The notes under the pieces: model-generated
The model's database searches: none
What the model saw: only the letters and a program-made list of their open reading frames with translations
Told to the model about the DNA's origin: nothing
Position numbers and translations under genes: made by a program
Assembly (NCBI GenBank): GCA_964016885.1
Contig: OZ024752.1
Span: 32,178,001 to 32,242,000, forward strand
From: Eledone cirrhosa
Taxonomy: Eukaryota
Direction: 5' to 3'
DNA length: 64,000 nt
In this document: in pieces, positions 12,821-26,946 of the stretch
How the letters are laid out: each line of letters opens with the position of its first letter
Numbering within the stretch: the first letter of the stretch is position 1

Positions 12821-14418
12821 TATATATATATGCACTCGTGTGTGTGTGTTTACAATTATTTCATAGATAAAGTATAAACTTTAAAAACTGTTGTGTGGGA
12901 GGTTAATGGTATAAACCATGAAGAAAGGAAATTGTGTAAGTATGATTTTGTATGTATGTATGTATGTGTGTGTGTGTGTATGTGTGTGTGTATGTGTGTG
13001 TGTGCATTTAAATGTATGTGTGTGTGTGTTTATTTGTTTGTATGTATTAAAATGTATGCGTTTGTCTGTTTGTGTGTGTGTGTATGTGTACATGTGAATG
13101 TTTCTGTCTGTATTAAAATGTATGCGTTTGTCTGTTTGTTTGTATGTGTATGTGTCTGTCTGTTTCTGTGTATTAAAATGTATGCGTTTGTCTGTTTGTG
13201 TGTATATGTGTACATGTGAGTGTGTCTGTCTATTTCTGTGTATTTAAATGTGTGTGTGATGTGCTGTATTTTAAGACCGTCTATTTCACAGGTTGTTATA
13301 TAAGATTGTCTCTTTAACAATATTACTTTGGTTCTCTTGTAAGATCATTTTATTTGACAACAGTGTATCAATTGTTTTATGTCTCCTATGTATCTTTTCT
13401 AGACAAACAAGACATCTCGTCTTATCGTGCCAATCCGATTAAGCTGCCATTTCTAAGCAGCATTTATTCGAAAATATCACGCAAATGTCAATGTCAATGT
13501 CAAGATTTTCCAAATTAAAATATTTTATTAATTGTAGAACATGACATTTAAATATGTTTTTGTTGCTGTTTTTTTTTTGTTTTGTTTTTTGTATTTTTTT
13601 TATTTTTATTTCAAATCAGCAAAAATCTGGAATTTTAATTTCAATTATAATTCGTTAGATTTTTATATATTTTCAATATTTGAACAAAATTAAACTTAGA
13701 TGTACAACAATTGTTGGAGAAACATTGTAAAATCGATAAATTTGACTCAAAATCTTAGTTTGACTCAAGTTATTGGATTCTAGTTTTGTGAATTCAAACT
13801 TGTTACCGAAGTTTCATTGTTTAAGAATACAATATGTATCTTTGCGCGCTTCAGATTACCTACTGGACAGAAACTAGTTCCTGGTGCTTTCGTAATATTT
13901 CTTATAGATCATGCTTGTCTGGATAAGATACAGACAATCCTGTTTCATCTCAGCCCCAGAATATCAGCTTCGAGAAAATTTTGATGAAGATGCTTCATAT
14001 CCAGCAGGAATATCTGTGACTCGAGTGTTATTCTAACTTTTTATAAAAACTTAATCATTTTATTTCATATTTTCCTTTAAGGACTGTACTTAGAAAGTTG
14101 AAGTTGTTTGTTTGCTTTCCTTATGGTTTCGAAAAGAGTGTGAACGTGGCAATAATCTTGAATTATATGAGCTTGATGGCTTTCCATTATCAGATTTGAG
14201 GTTTGAAAATGGTTACGATGCATACCAATTATACATACCACTAATATCTTGTTGCTTATTCTAGTACATTATATATTTGGCTGTCTATAACCATGCTACG
14301 GATCTTCTGCTAAAATTACTGTTCATGTATGTATATAATATATATAACGTTTCACTTCAATCAGATGTATGGAAATCATGGTTATAATACCTCATGTATT
14401 TTTCTTATATATTTACAG

Positions 14419-14478
14419 GGGCGGTAACTGTGTTCATAGGGGCTCTGCTGCTTCTTCCATTACTTATGAGTGCAATAG
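14419..14478 (+). CDS. TMEM272: TMEM272-like protein, internal exon (first TM helix)
   Basis: tttacAG|GG GCG...ATA G|GTgaga; phase 1-1 exon encoding xAVTVFIGALLLLPLLMSAI(G); joins in frame to 30125 giving ..LPLLMSAIGVKYLDECP.., matching the family pattern LPLSMxxIGxKxLxxCP. Confidence 0.8.
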
Positions 14479-14646
14479 GTGAGAAGGATTCCATTACACT
14501 TCTACTCTTCAGTTTAGACTGCACCTTTCCCGTTAAAGTCTTTGTGCGAAATTGATTGTGTAATGATATCTTCCTTTAATACGTTTGTCACAAACTATGT
14601 AAAAGTTATTTCGTTTGACAACATCACACACCTGTCGTCCATGCGA

Positions 14647-14721
<75 letters not shown>

Positions 14722-15003
14722 GGAGGTGAGTTTTATTGTAGTACAATAAAGCAATGCAGATATCGGATAAGAAGCACTCTACAGTTTGTGGGACTGGAGT
14801 ATACATAATATATAAGAACAAAAGATGGTTAAAGGAGTTCCATGTATTTTATTATGCGCATTTCAAAAACAAATATCATCATGCAATAATATTTGTGTTT
14901 TCATCAGATAAAACAGGAGGACATGATATGAAGGCTAAAAAACACTTGTGGATAGTTCAGTTTTAAATCAACATATATATATATATATATATATAATATT
15001 AAT

Positions 15004-15183
15004 AATTGTTTCTACTTTAGGCACAAGGCCAGCAATTACCCAGTACATTACTGGTACTTTATTTTATCGACCCCGTAAGGATGAAAGGCAAAGTTAACCT
15101 CGGCGGGATTTGAACTCAGACTGTAAAGGGACGTAACTATGCTAGAAAGCATGGCGTCCAACCCTCTACCGATACTGCCAATT
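15004..15183 (-). mobile_element. SINE family A
   Basis: Full consensus match, reverse orientation. Confidence 0.85.
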
Positions 15184-15398
15184 CGTGTGTATAGTTCTGC
15201 TAGTCAGACACAACGACGACGCCAAAGAATTTTTAAAAAATAATGTAATAGTCACCAAAATGACCCAGAAAAGTGAGAAGTATATTTTCTTCAAACTTTA
15301 CTAATTGGGAGATAGAAACTTCACAAAAAATAAGGTATATAATCTAATACGATCTTTTTACATCATCTGTGCAGGTGTTGTTATCGCCTCTAGATTGT

Positions 15399-15399
<1 letters not shown>

Positions 15400-15443
<44 letters not shown>

Positions 15444-15537
15444 GTGTTATATGTATCGGAATCAGAGTTGCAAAAAATAAACTCTTCTATTCTTATATAT
15501 TTTTCCTGGGGCGGAAACTGTGTATGTATGTATATAT

Positions 15538-15608
<71 letters not shown>

Positions 15609-15772
15609 GGTGTGTGTGTGTATATGTGTGTTTGTATATATGTGTGTGTGTGTATATATGTGTGTGTGTATATATGTGTGTGTGTATGTGTGTGTGTGTA
15701 TATATATATGTGTGTGTATATATATGTGTGTGTATATATATGTGTGTGTATATATATATGTGTATGTGTATA

Positions 15773-15822
<50 letters not shown>

Positions 15823-15930
15823 CATATATATATATGTGTGTGTATATACATATACATATATATATGTGTGTATATGTATGTATATATGTATGTATATATG
15901 TATGTATATATATGTATATATATATATTTG

Positions 15931-15961
<31 letters not shown>

Positions 15962-15978
15962 GTATATATATATATTTG

Positions 15979-16030
<52 letters not shown>

Positions 16031-16190
16031 TGTATATATATATTTGTATATATATATATGTATATATATATATATTTGTATATATATATTTGTATATATA
16101 TATGTATATATATATATTTGTATATATATATGTATATATGTATATATATATATATGTGTATATATATATATATTTGTATATATATATTTG

Positions 16191-16222
<32 letters not shown>

Positions 16223-16584
16223 TTTGTATATATATATATTTATATATTTGTATATATATATATATTTATATATTTGTATATATATATATGTATATATTTA
16301 TATATTTGTATATATATATATGTATATATTTATATATTTGTATATATATATACGTATATATATATGTATATATATATATTTGTATATATATATGTATATA
16401 TATATATTTGTATATATATGTATATATATATATATATGTGTATATATATATATATTTGTATATATATATATATGTATTTATATATATATTTGTATATATA
16501 TATATATATTTATATATTTGTATATATATATATGTATATATTTATATATTTATATATATATATATGTATATATTTATATATTTG

Positions 16585-16616
<32 letters not shown>

Positions 16617-16675
16617 TGTATATATATATACGTATATATATATCTATTTGTATATATATATATGTATATATATAT
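15400..16675. repeat. (TA)n/(TG)n compound microsatellite
   Basis: Direct inspection. Confidence 0.95.
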
Positions 16676-17157
16676 TTTTTTTTTACTTGTAAAAGGTTCT
16701 TAATATATAAAAAAAACATTTTTTTGGAATCGTATTTACTATATATAGAGAGAGGAAGGGGGAGAAGAATTAGGAAGTAGAGGGACAAACGGGGATGGAA
16801 GGAGAGGTAGAGATGGAAGGATTCATCGATCAGTTTTGATTCGTAGACTTGTTGTCGTCAAATTACAGTGTAAGGAGTTAAAGAGAATTAAATCGTTTAT
16901 GGTGGGAGCAAGAGAGAGAGAGAGAGTGGGGGATAGAGAGATAAATATATATATATAAAAAAGAGGGAAGATAAAAAAAAAAGAAAAGAGAACAAAAAAA
17001 GGGGTGAGAAGAACAGAAGAAAACGAAAAAAGAGAAAAAGGAATGAAGGAGGAGAGAGGGACATAAGTATTGGTTGTTGTGGGTAATTAAAGGGGTAAGA
17101 TTCAATAAGAGAGAAGAAAGTCTAAGTATATGCAGTTTGTCAGGTGGTAGGAGGAGG

Positions 17158-17610
17158 TTAAGGGTTCGATTTGCAGTTGTAGTGCGAAAATTTTTCTTTA
17201 AGTCTATGGGTGCAATAAATTGATATTTCGATTTTAATGTTGAGTAACTTTTTCTTCGAACTCAAAATGTGAAACAGTTCAAGGTCACACAACCGACAGC
17301 TTCTCATACCACTCCGATATGCAGGCGCGTTCGATAGTTTCTTCCACTTCAGGGTGTATTGATGGTTACTTTCCCTCAGTTGCCAGGTCTTGTTCGCAAG
17401 GGTAGTTACATAACGATGCTGGGAATGTTTCATTGCGTAACGGTGTGTATATCAACGAGCTTTAAATGTATTCCAGTCGCTCCGATGTAATACCCCTTCT
17501 GGTTGTCTGATTCGACCGTGTATTGGTAAACCAGGTTAGACTGCATACATTCATTATGCAATGGACAGGTTTCAGGTAGTAGGCAGTTACAATTCTTGTC
17601 ATGGGCAACT
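17158..17610 (-). pseudogene. Penelope-like element C-terminal GIY-YIG endonuclease, decayed
   Basis: Translation CNCLLPETCPLHNECMQSNLVYQYTV..GYYIGATG/(frameshift)FKAR*YTH..TTLANKTWQLRE..LKWK..APAY..CRLCDLE..LLN..E..CTH; one frameshift and one stop. Confidence 0.85.
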
Positions 17611-17807
17611 TTGGCATAATTACTTTGGCTTACCTCTGTTTTCTCTTTTATTATTTATACTCCAAGATTGAACGTGATTTACTAACCACATTGTTGCAAA
17701 CTTGTGGAGTTACCCCTAACCGTACGTTGGAAACCGTCCAAGAAACTGGGTTACCGTCCAAGAAACTTGAAATTGGATTACAATAAGCAATTTTCTGCTT
17801 CCCTAAC

Positions 17808-18343
<536 letters not shown>

Positions 18344-18491
18344 GATTTTGAGTTTATGTTGGTTGTATACCAACACCTCAGTATGCAGGCCGGAGCACTC
18401 GACGAAGTGCGCAGGTTGGTTTGGTTACTCCGGAGTAGTGTAAAATAAAGTTAAATAAAAGTCAAATGATTAAAATTTAGCTTCGTTTATT

Positions 18492-18546
18492 ACTGCTATA
18501 TATATTTCAGTGACAGCCATCTTTGGCTGTGACCTCTTCAGGCAGT
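18492..18546 (-). ncRNA. Minimal type I hammerhead ribozyme (same family as 37625-37680)
   Basis: actgc-CTGAAGA-ggtcacagcca aaga tggctgtcact-GAAA-tatata-TA-gcagt. Confidence 0.8.
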
Positions 18547-18779
18547 TTGAATTAGTATGGTATAGACAAGTACATATGTTGTTTAGGTGTATAATATTGT
18601 CAATACTCTGATATGTCCAGTTCCTTGTTGGGTTGTTAATTCACTGAGGAACTGGAGTCATATGAATTCAAACAAACGAATTTCAGTGTCAAAGGTCCCC
18701 TTCTCCTCTCATTGGTCAGTTATTAGAACATTCCTCATTCTAAGTGTTGTTATTGTTGGAGTTAGCTTATATATATATA

Positions 18780-19385
18780 TGTCAGGTCACCAGTTGGTGC
18801 TACTGGTAACCTGTATCCCAGTACAACCTGTCTCATGGTCGGGTCGTTGGTGACTAAACTGGCAACCCCACCAAGGTTTCTTGGTGAGGAGGGTGACTTT
18901 GGACATCCTGCAGGACTAAAAACAAAACCTGTCAAAGGGCAAAGGAGCTCTTAAGAGTCAATGGCCATCCAAAATCATCGGGAGAGATGACCCCTTAGCC
19001 TTTGTCAAGGCAGAATTCTAGGAGAAGGAAAACTCTGATATAACACCTGCAACTCTGATGGTATCCAATGATGTTGACTTGTTCTTCTTTTTGGTAAATA
19101 TCATCTTGGTTAAGAGAGTTGGACTGGCTTTGTGCAGTGCCTTTGCTCACTATAAAAGCTTCACGGCACAGGCATTGCTTTATATCTGGAGATCTCTCTG
19201 CACTTGTCATCACATGGTACCATGGCCCCGCACTATGTGTCAATAGTTGTCACAAGTGTAGTGTTTGTACCAAAGTTTTCAAGTCGCTGGCTGGACTAAA
19301 AATTCACACTCTTTCAGTGCATTGGTAGGGTTTCTCCTACATGGATATAAAGTAGTGGCCGTACTCGAAAACGAGTTGGCAGCCA

Positions 19386-19388
<3 letters not shown>
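18780..19388 (+). mobile_element. Internally deleted RTE (BovB-like) LINE derivative
   Basis: C-terminal C2H2 remnant CSVCTKVFKSLAGLKIH (~19257-19310); 5' part repeated on - at 58930-59045; 3' end shared with 255-540. Confidence 0.55.
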
Positions 19389-19432
<44 letters not shown>

Positions 19433-19817
19433 AAAAGAGTCAGCAGATCTAGCTGTTGAAAAGGCCGGAGCTCAGCCGTCGGGGTCCGAACTCTTTTCCT
19501 ATTACCCACTCTACCATCCTAAATATCGAGTACGCTGGTACGTTATTGTCCACATTGTATCTTACCACACCTTCATTGTTAATATATATAATATATATAT
19601 ATATATATTAAAGTGAAATGACAGGAGAACAAATGCGTAGAATTTCCTTAATTATTTATTTCTGCAAACACTATGCACATTTCAGTGACCAGGTTGCGTA
19701 AGACCAATTCTACCCAATGGTAAACCACCAAATTTTAAACGTGTATATATATATTTATATATTTATATATATATATAGGAGGAAGTTATAGTTCACTTGA
19801 AGCATTGTGTAATGAGG

Positions 19818-20213
19818 TATAAACGTTTGTATATGTATAATAAAGCCAAAACAATACAGGTATGGACATAGAATAAAGAATGCAAATGCAAAAGATATTG
19901 TTGACAATTAGTCTTTTACCTTAGATTTATTTAATTGTCCTTAATTTTCGAGATATCTCTCCTTCGGAGGGAAGTAAAGTTGTCAAACCAGTGTTCTAAA
20001 TAGCTTGCCAAATGACTTGGCAAGCTATTTAGAACACTGGTTTAACCGCTTTACTTCCCTCCGAAGGAGAGATATTATTTCGAAAATTAAGGACACTTAA
20101 ATAAATCTAAGGTAAAAGACTAATCGTCAACAATATCTTTTGCATTTGCATTCTTTATTCTATGTCCATACCTGCATTGTTTTGGCTTTATTATACATAT
20201 ACAAACGTTTATA
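19818..20213. repeat. ~195-bp-arm palindrome with 5-nt loop
   Basis: Arms 19818-20011 and 20017-20213; degenerate HHR-like core CCGAAGG..GAAAATTA in the right arm. Confidence 0.9.
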
Positions 20214-20629
20214 TATACATCGCTATTTCAGAGCACCAATTCTAATACCTAATTTTTGCTGGACCGGCAATTGCTCTGTATAATCAGCTCCTGATTATTA
20301 CTGAAATTCTATAAGAATCCAGCTTCTAAAATTCTCGGCAAAGGCAACGGAGTGTGTGGTCTTGATAAACGCTCAAAAGCGAGAAACAGACTGTCGATCA
20401 AACTTAGTTGTTATTTGCTGAGATAAAGTAAGTGACATAGTCACTACTTTAAAACCCATAGCGAATGGTCTTCTAAATGTTTTTAATTAAACATACAGTA
20501 TATTGCCAAATATACTATACATAATTTCACGTATACATCGCTATTTCAGATTATCAATACTAATATTTATATATATATATATATATTAAAAGCAAAGTGA
20601 GGTTTCACATTAAGGTCTTTATTGATTAT

Positions 20630-20720
20630 ACACAGTTACCACCATTTCACAGATGGAGGGCTCAGGATCTATATCAATGCTATAGACCCGACTCCAGCCC
20701 GATCTGTTCATCAGACTTGT
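20630..20720 (-). ncRNA. Type I hammerhead ribozyme with long branched helix II
   Basis: caagt-CTGATGA-acagat..(gggct/agccc, ggtctat/atagatc)..atctgt-GAAA-tggtgg-TA-act; stems I and III are weak. Confidence 0.55.
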
Positions 20721-20889
20721 TAATCAGACAAAACCAAAATCTCATCTGACTGCACCCCGTACCAGACGAGGTGCGCACACCACCAACTATGGGTATCTAC
20801 CATAGTTGGTGGTGTGCGCCAACACCGAGAGACATGCACTCAACCAAGTGTGTGGGTGTATGATTGAGTATTTGTCTCTAGGTGTGCGA

Positions 20890-21100
20890 GGTGATATCAC
20901 CATAGTAACTAACTACACAGCAAGTCATGCTTTCCCGCTGATACCCCAAGCTTATTGCCAACCGTTGTTGCCGACCGCTTGCGTGTTCGTTCCTCGAGAC
21001 ACCGTTTGTGAGCCGAGACATTTTATCTGCGGAAAGATTGTTCGTGAACCAATTTAATCTAGTTCAAGATGGGAGGCGTTCGTAAACCGAGGTTCCATTG
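20890..21100. mobile_element. Tigger/pogo-like MITE fragment (family of 44834-45155)
   Basis: Shared CTTGCGTGTTCGTT.CTCGAGACACC..; ends GTTCGTAAACCGAGGTTCCATTG|TA. Confidence 0.6.
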
Positions 21101-21752
21101 TAGTTACAAAAAAAAAAAGAAAAAAATGATAAGAGAGAATCATTGAGTTTCATTCGTTTTCCAATATTACTGTACTTCGATTTGCGTAGGAAAATATAAT
21201 TGATCTAAAACTAATGCTAATATAATTTGATCTGAAATAAAATATAACAAACGAAAAATCACATAGAAGCTAGTACTAACATATTTAATGCAGTAGGGGA
21301 TTAAAAAGCTAACAAAAGATAATTAAATGGCTAAGCAGAAACTATAGTTTTCAATGATTAGTATTTGTCTATCACTCGTACTTAACAGAATAATTGAAAC
21401 AATATTAGCCATGGACAAATATTGTCTTTTTTTCATATTATTTCTGTTTTATTTTCCTGACTACATAATTATGTCTATTATTTTTTTTTTTTTTTTTGCT
21501 CACTGTATTAAATTTATTAATACAAATCGGGCTTTTTATTTATTAGTAGCTATCTGGTCACAAACGGTACCACGAAACCACTAGAGTCCGGTGGTTTGAG
21601 AGTTCGGGTCCAATTTCTGGCACTTCGGGCAAATGTCTTAGCTTCGGGGTCGTTAAAATAAAGTTTCAGTCACGCACTGGCATCGATTTGATCGACTTTC
21701 CCTTCCCCCAAATTTTCTGGCCTTGTACCTAAATCAGAAATTATTATATATT

Positions 21753-21822
<70 letters not shown>

Positions 21823-22114
21823 TCAGTTCAAAGAATCATTACATAAAATATATACAGTAATTTCCTCTCCCAATCAGTATAAATCAACCATACAAAAAAT
21901 CATTTAAACGAGGCTATAAGTTTAAAATGTACTTATGAAGAAACAATAGACAAATGATACAGCCTCCTCTCCGCGACGTATAGCTACATGATATTTATCT
22001 AATATTTCTACTAGCCTGTAGAAATTGACTAGACATACAGTTAACTACACGTAATTAGGTACAAAATCGAAGTTAGAAAAAAAAATGTACATACACTCTA
22101 TCAAAGTCCTCATA

Positions 22115-22200
22115 ATCTCTACCACCCGGCGGTTTCGTTCCATTTTTTGGATATATCCGGTCTTGGATAAATCCACGAGGCTCGGAACTCATCAGGAGAT
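22115..22200 (-). ncRNA. Canonical type I hammerhead ribozyme
   Basis: atctc-CTGATGA-gttcc(42-nt loop)ggaac-GAAA-ccgc cgg gtgg-TA-gagat; all three helices paired, G-C closing pair of helix II present, GUA cleavage triplet. Confidence 0.85.
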
Positions 22201-22280
22201 ACCTCAATTGGACAAAGATTTTTCTACAATGATCCCCGCCAGAAATGAATTCAAAATGGCTAAGAACCATCACGTGGCCA

Positions 22281-23307
22281 GTGTAGTTAACTATATGTCT
22301 AGTCAATTTCTACAGGTGTGTAGTTAACTATATGTCTAGTCAATTTCTACAGGCGTGTAGTTAACTATATGTCTAGTCAATTTCTACAGGCGTGTAGTTA
22401 ACTATATGCCTAGTCAATTTCTACAGGTGTGTAGTTAACTATATGTCTAGTCAATTTCTACAGGTGTGTAGTTAACTATATGTGTAGTCAATTTCTACAG
22501 GTGTGTAGTTAACTATATGTCTAGTCAATTTCTACAGGTGTGTAGTTAACTATATGTCTAGTCAATTTCTACAGGCGTGTAGTTAACTATATGTCTAGTC
22601 AATTTCTACAGGCGTGTAGTTAACTATATGCCTAGTCAATTTCTACAGGTGTGTAGTTAACTATATGTCTAGTCAATTTCTACAGGTGTGTAGTTAACTA
22701 TATGTGTAGTCAATTTCTACAGGTGTGTAGTTAACTATATGTCTAGTCAATTTCTACAGGCGTGTAGTTAACTATATGTCTAGTCAATTTCTACAGGTGT
22801 GTAGTTAACTATATGTGTAGTCAATTTCTACAGGCGTGTAGTTAACTATATGCCTAGTCAATTTCTACAGGTGTGTAGTTAACTATATGTCTAGTCAATT
22901 TCTACAGGTGTGTAGTTAACTATATGTGTAGTCAATTTCTACAGGTGTGTAGTTAACTATATGCCTAGTCAATTTCTACAGGTTTGTAGTTAACTATATG
23001 TCTAGTCAATTTCTACAGGTGTGTAGTTAACTATATGTCTAATCAATTTCTACAGGTGTGTAGTTAACTATATGCCTAGTCAATTTCCACAGGTGTGTGG
23101 TTAACTATATGTCTAGTCAATTTCTACAGGTGTGTAGTTAACTATATGTCTAGTCAATTTCTACAGGTGTGTGGTTAACTATATGTCTAGTCAATTTCTA
23201 CAGGTGTGTAGTTAACTATATGTCTAGTCAATTTCTACAGGTGTGTAGTTAACTATATGTCTAGTCAATTTCTACAGGTGTGTAGTTAACTATGTCTAGT
23301 CAATTTT
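22281..23307. repeat. 37-bp tandem array, ~27 copies, with one inverted copy at 22014-22050
   Basis: Unit GTGTAGTTAACTATATGTCTAGTCAATTTCTACAGGY; 22014-22050 is its reverse complement with 1 mismatch. Confidence 0.95.
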
Positions 23308-23435
23308 CTGTTTTTCTCGTTGCTGATGTTAACCTGTCTGTCTGTGTGTTGTTTTTGTTCTCGCATTGTCCCCATTTTCTTGGGCCCTTGTGGCCAATAA
23401 AAGAAATCATCAACATCAGTATTATGTTTGTTGAG

Positions 23436-23630
23436 GGGCGGTGAATTGGCAGTATCGGTAGAGAATCGGACGCCATGCTTTGCAGCATAGTTACGTCCCT
23501 TTACGATCTGAGTTAGAACATTCCCGCCGAGGTTAACTTTGCCTTTCATCCTTACGGGGGTCGATAAAATAAAGTACCAGTAATGTACTGGGTAATTGCT
23601 GGCCTTGTGCCAAAAGTAGAAACAATTATT
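23436..23630 (+). mobile_element. SINE family A
   Basis: Consensus match; similar copies at 25075-25262, 26051-26215, 28672-29057, 36409-36627, 38775-38920. Confidence 0.85.
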
Positions 23631-23804
23631 ATTTTTGTTGTTATTGTTGCTGTTGTTGTTGTTATTATTTTGCTTCGTTGTTGATATTTTCTTTGAAAAA
23701 AATATCTCTTGACATCAAACGGCAAATATATTAACACCACGTCAGATTAATATGAATATCGAGTAGTATATATACACACACACACTCTCACACACACACA
23801 CACT

Positions 23805-23861
<57 letters not shown>

Positions 23862-23926
23862 CACACACACACACATATATATATATATATTATATATACA
23901 CACACACATATATATATATATATTAT

Positions 23927-23982
<56 letters not shown>

Positions 23983-24032
23983 CACATATACACACACATA
24001 TATATATATATTATATATACACACACATATAT

Positions 24033-24081
<49 letters not shown>

Positions 24082-24211
24082 CAGATACTCTAAAAAATAT
24101 ATACACAAAGTTTGTGTATTCTAATAAATATTGCCTGTACAGGTAATCAAAGTGGATACATTTTTGAGGGACACTATATATATACATATGTAAATACATG
24201 TACACACACGT

Positions 24212-24317
<106 letters not shown>

Positions 24318-24417
24318 TTATTAAAATAACCGATTAAAGTTTAAGCAAAGAATCGCTGCTTTCACCCTTAACTTATCGAGCCCTCTTTGGATTTTAGTCT
24401 TCAATTTTATTATTATT

Positions 24418-24478
<61 letters not shown>

Positions 24479-25599
24479 TAGTTATTTTTCTTGTTAGTTT
24501 TCTATTTAGTTTTTTCAATTATCTATTAATACGAAATCAATAGCAAGATATTTTTGTTGCTATTCACTGATTGAAATTTCCATCTAGTGAGAATTTATTT
24601 TTAATGATGTATAAACATATCCAAGTATTGAAAATATCAGCTATGAGCAGTATATTGTATATTTTATTGCTTCATCAGATATATGATTTTCTGGCAGGAA
24701 TACCTGATAGAGAAATTTAATTCTCTCACCATCCATCGTGTAGGAAAATATTGATTTATGAATCAACAAAGCACAACGGTTTCCGCTTGTTCGGATAAAT
24801 TATGTGCTATTTAGATGGGTGAACACATCGAACTAAAGGAAGAAAATAACACCTTTAGTGTTGATAAAAATTATGTCTTCTTTCCTTTAAACTACATTAA
24901 GTAGCCGTTTGTTAATCGGTGGTAGAAAACTAATATCTGTCGTTTACCTAAAACCGTGCTTGTAATGAAATTGACCGATTATTTGACAAAAAAAAAAGAG
25001 CAGTGTTTGTCGGTAAGTATCAATGTTGTAGCAAATAAATTAATATATTTTGAACAAATATTATATTTGGAATGTAGGTGGATTGGCAGTATCGATAGAG
25101 GGTCGAACGCCATGCTTTCTAGCATAGTTACATCCCTTTATGATCCGAGTTCAAATCCCGCCGAGGTTAACTTTGCCTTTCATCCTTACAGGGTCGATAA
25201 AATAAAGTACCAGTAATGCACTGGATAATTGCTGGCCTTGTGCCACAGGTACAAACAATTATATTTGGAATGTATAAAAGTACACAAGTTCAGATTATAC
25301 GTTACGAGTGTGTATGTATATGTGTGTATATTCGTGTGTGTGTATATATTGTGTGTGTATATATGAGTGTGTTTTTTTTATATATATGTGGATATGTGTG
25401 TGTATGTATGTGTATTTCATATATATATATGTGTGTGTATATAATATGTGTGTATAGAAGTGTGTAATATATATATATATATATGTGTGTGTGTATATAT
25501 ATATGCGTGTATATGTGAGTGTGTTTTTCATATATATGTGTGTGTATTTCATATATTTGTGTGCATATATGTGTGTGTATGTATCAGTGTGTATTCCAT

Positions 25600-25636
<37 letters not shown>

Positions 25637-26240
25637 ATTTGTATGTATTTCATATATTTGTGTATATATATGTGTGTGTGTGTATTTGTGTGTATTTCAC
25701 ATATATATATGAGTGCGTGTTTTGTATGTGTGTATTGATATATTTCTGTGTGTATATGTGCGTGTGTGTATATATATGTGTGTGTATTGTATATATATAT
25801 ATATATATGTATTGATATATTTGTGTGTATATATTTGTGTGTATATATATGTGTGTATATATATATGTGTATTGATATATTTCTGTGTGTATATGTGTGT
25901 GTGTATATATATGAGTGTGCATTGTATATATATGTGTATTGATATATTTGTGTGTATATATGTTTGTGTATATCACAGTCTTCCTGGTATTTTCTTTCAC
26001 CTCAATAGGTAATTACTGTTGGATACTCCACCAACACCACAACGTTGTTAGGGCGGTGGATTGGTAGTATCGCAGAGAGTTACGGCCCTTTACGTTCTGA
26101 GTTCAAATTCCACCTAGGTTAACTTTGCCTTTCATCCTTACGCAGTCGATAAAATAAAGTACCAGTAATACACTGGTTGGGATAATTGCTGGCCTTGTGC
26201 TCAAAAGTAAAAACAGTCATGGTAATTAATATACATGTGT

Positions 26241-26291
<51 letters not shown>

Positions 26292-26831
26292 CATATATAT
26301 ATTTGCGAACGGATCTAGCTGTCGAAACGGCCGGAGCTCAGCCGTCGGGGTCCTCACTCTTTTCCTATTACCCACTCTACTACCCTAAGTATCGAGTACT
26401 CTGGTGCATTATGGTCCACCTGGTTTCTTACCACACTTTCTTTATTATATATATATATGTGTGTGTGTTTTTTTATCATTTATTTTGTTTTGACCTGTTT
26501 AGCTTGATTTACTTTTTGGCTTATGTGGCTGATGCTTTCTTGACCACTATTTCAGTTTTGTATGGCCTCTTAACATATTGTTTAGCTCTGGGTTTTTTAA
26601 CTATGGAGTGCTTGCCAGCATTATTTCTGATTTTTGCGTTTCGTTTCGCCTTTTCTACCCGCTGAAATGCGATTCTCGGTAAATCTATACTTATATACAT
26701 ATATATATCGCCAATAAAATGTATACACACTTCAGGAAAAGAAAAATCTGTATAAATATTTATTAATAAGCTAAATATTTATACAAGGTTTTCTTTTCCT
26801 TGAGTGTCTATACATTTTGGGGGGTGAACGC

Positions 26832-26863
<32 letters not shown>

Positions 26864-26946
26864 CGTTATTCCGGGTTGAATCGGAGGTAACCACAGTAAG
26901 TAAGGTACTCAATACATTGCAGAGTATAAAAGTTTTAATATAGATG

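Noticed and set aside
13909-14330. Candidate upstream TMEM272 exons
   Set aside because: AG acceptors are present, but I found no open frame ending in a phase-1 GT donor and no family similarity.
22281-23307. CRISPR-like array (37-bp repeats)
   Set aside because: Units are contiguous with no spacers.
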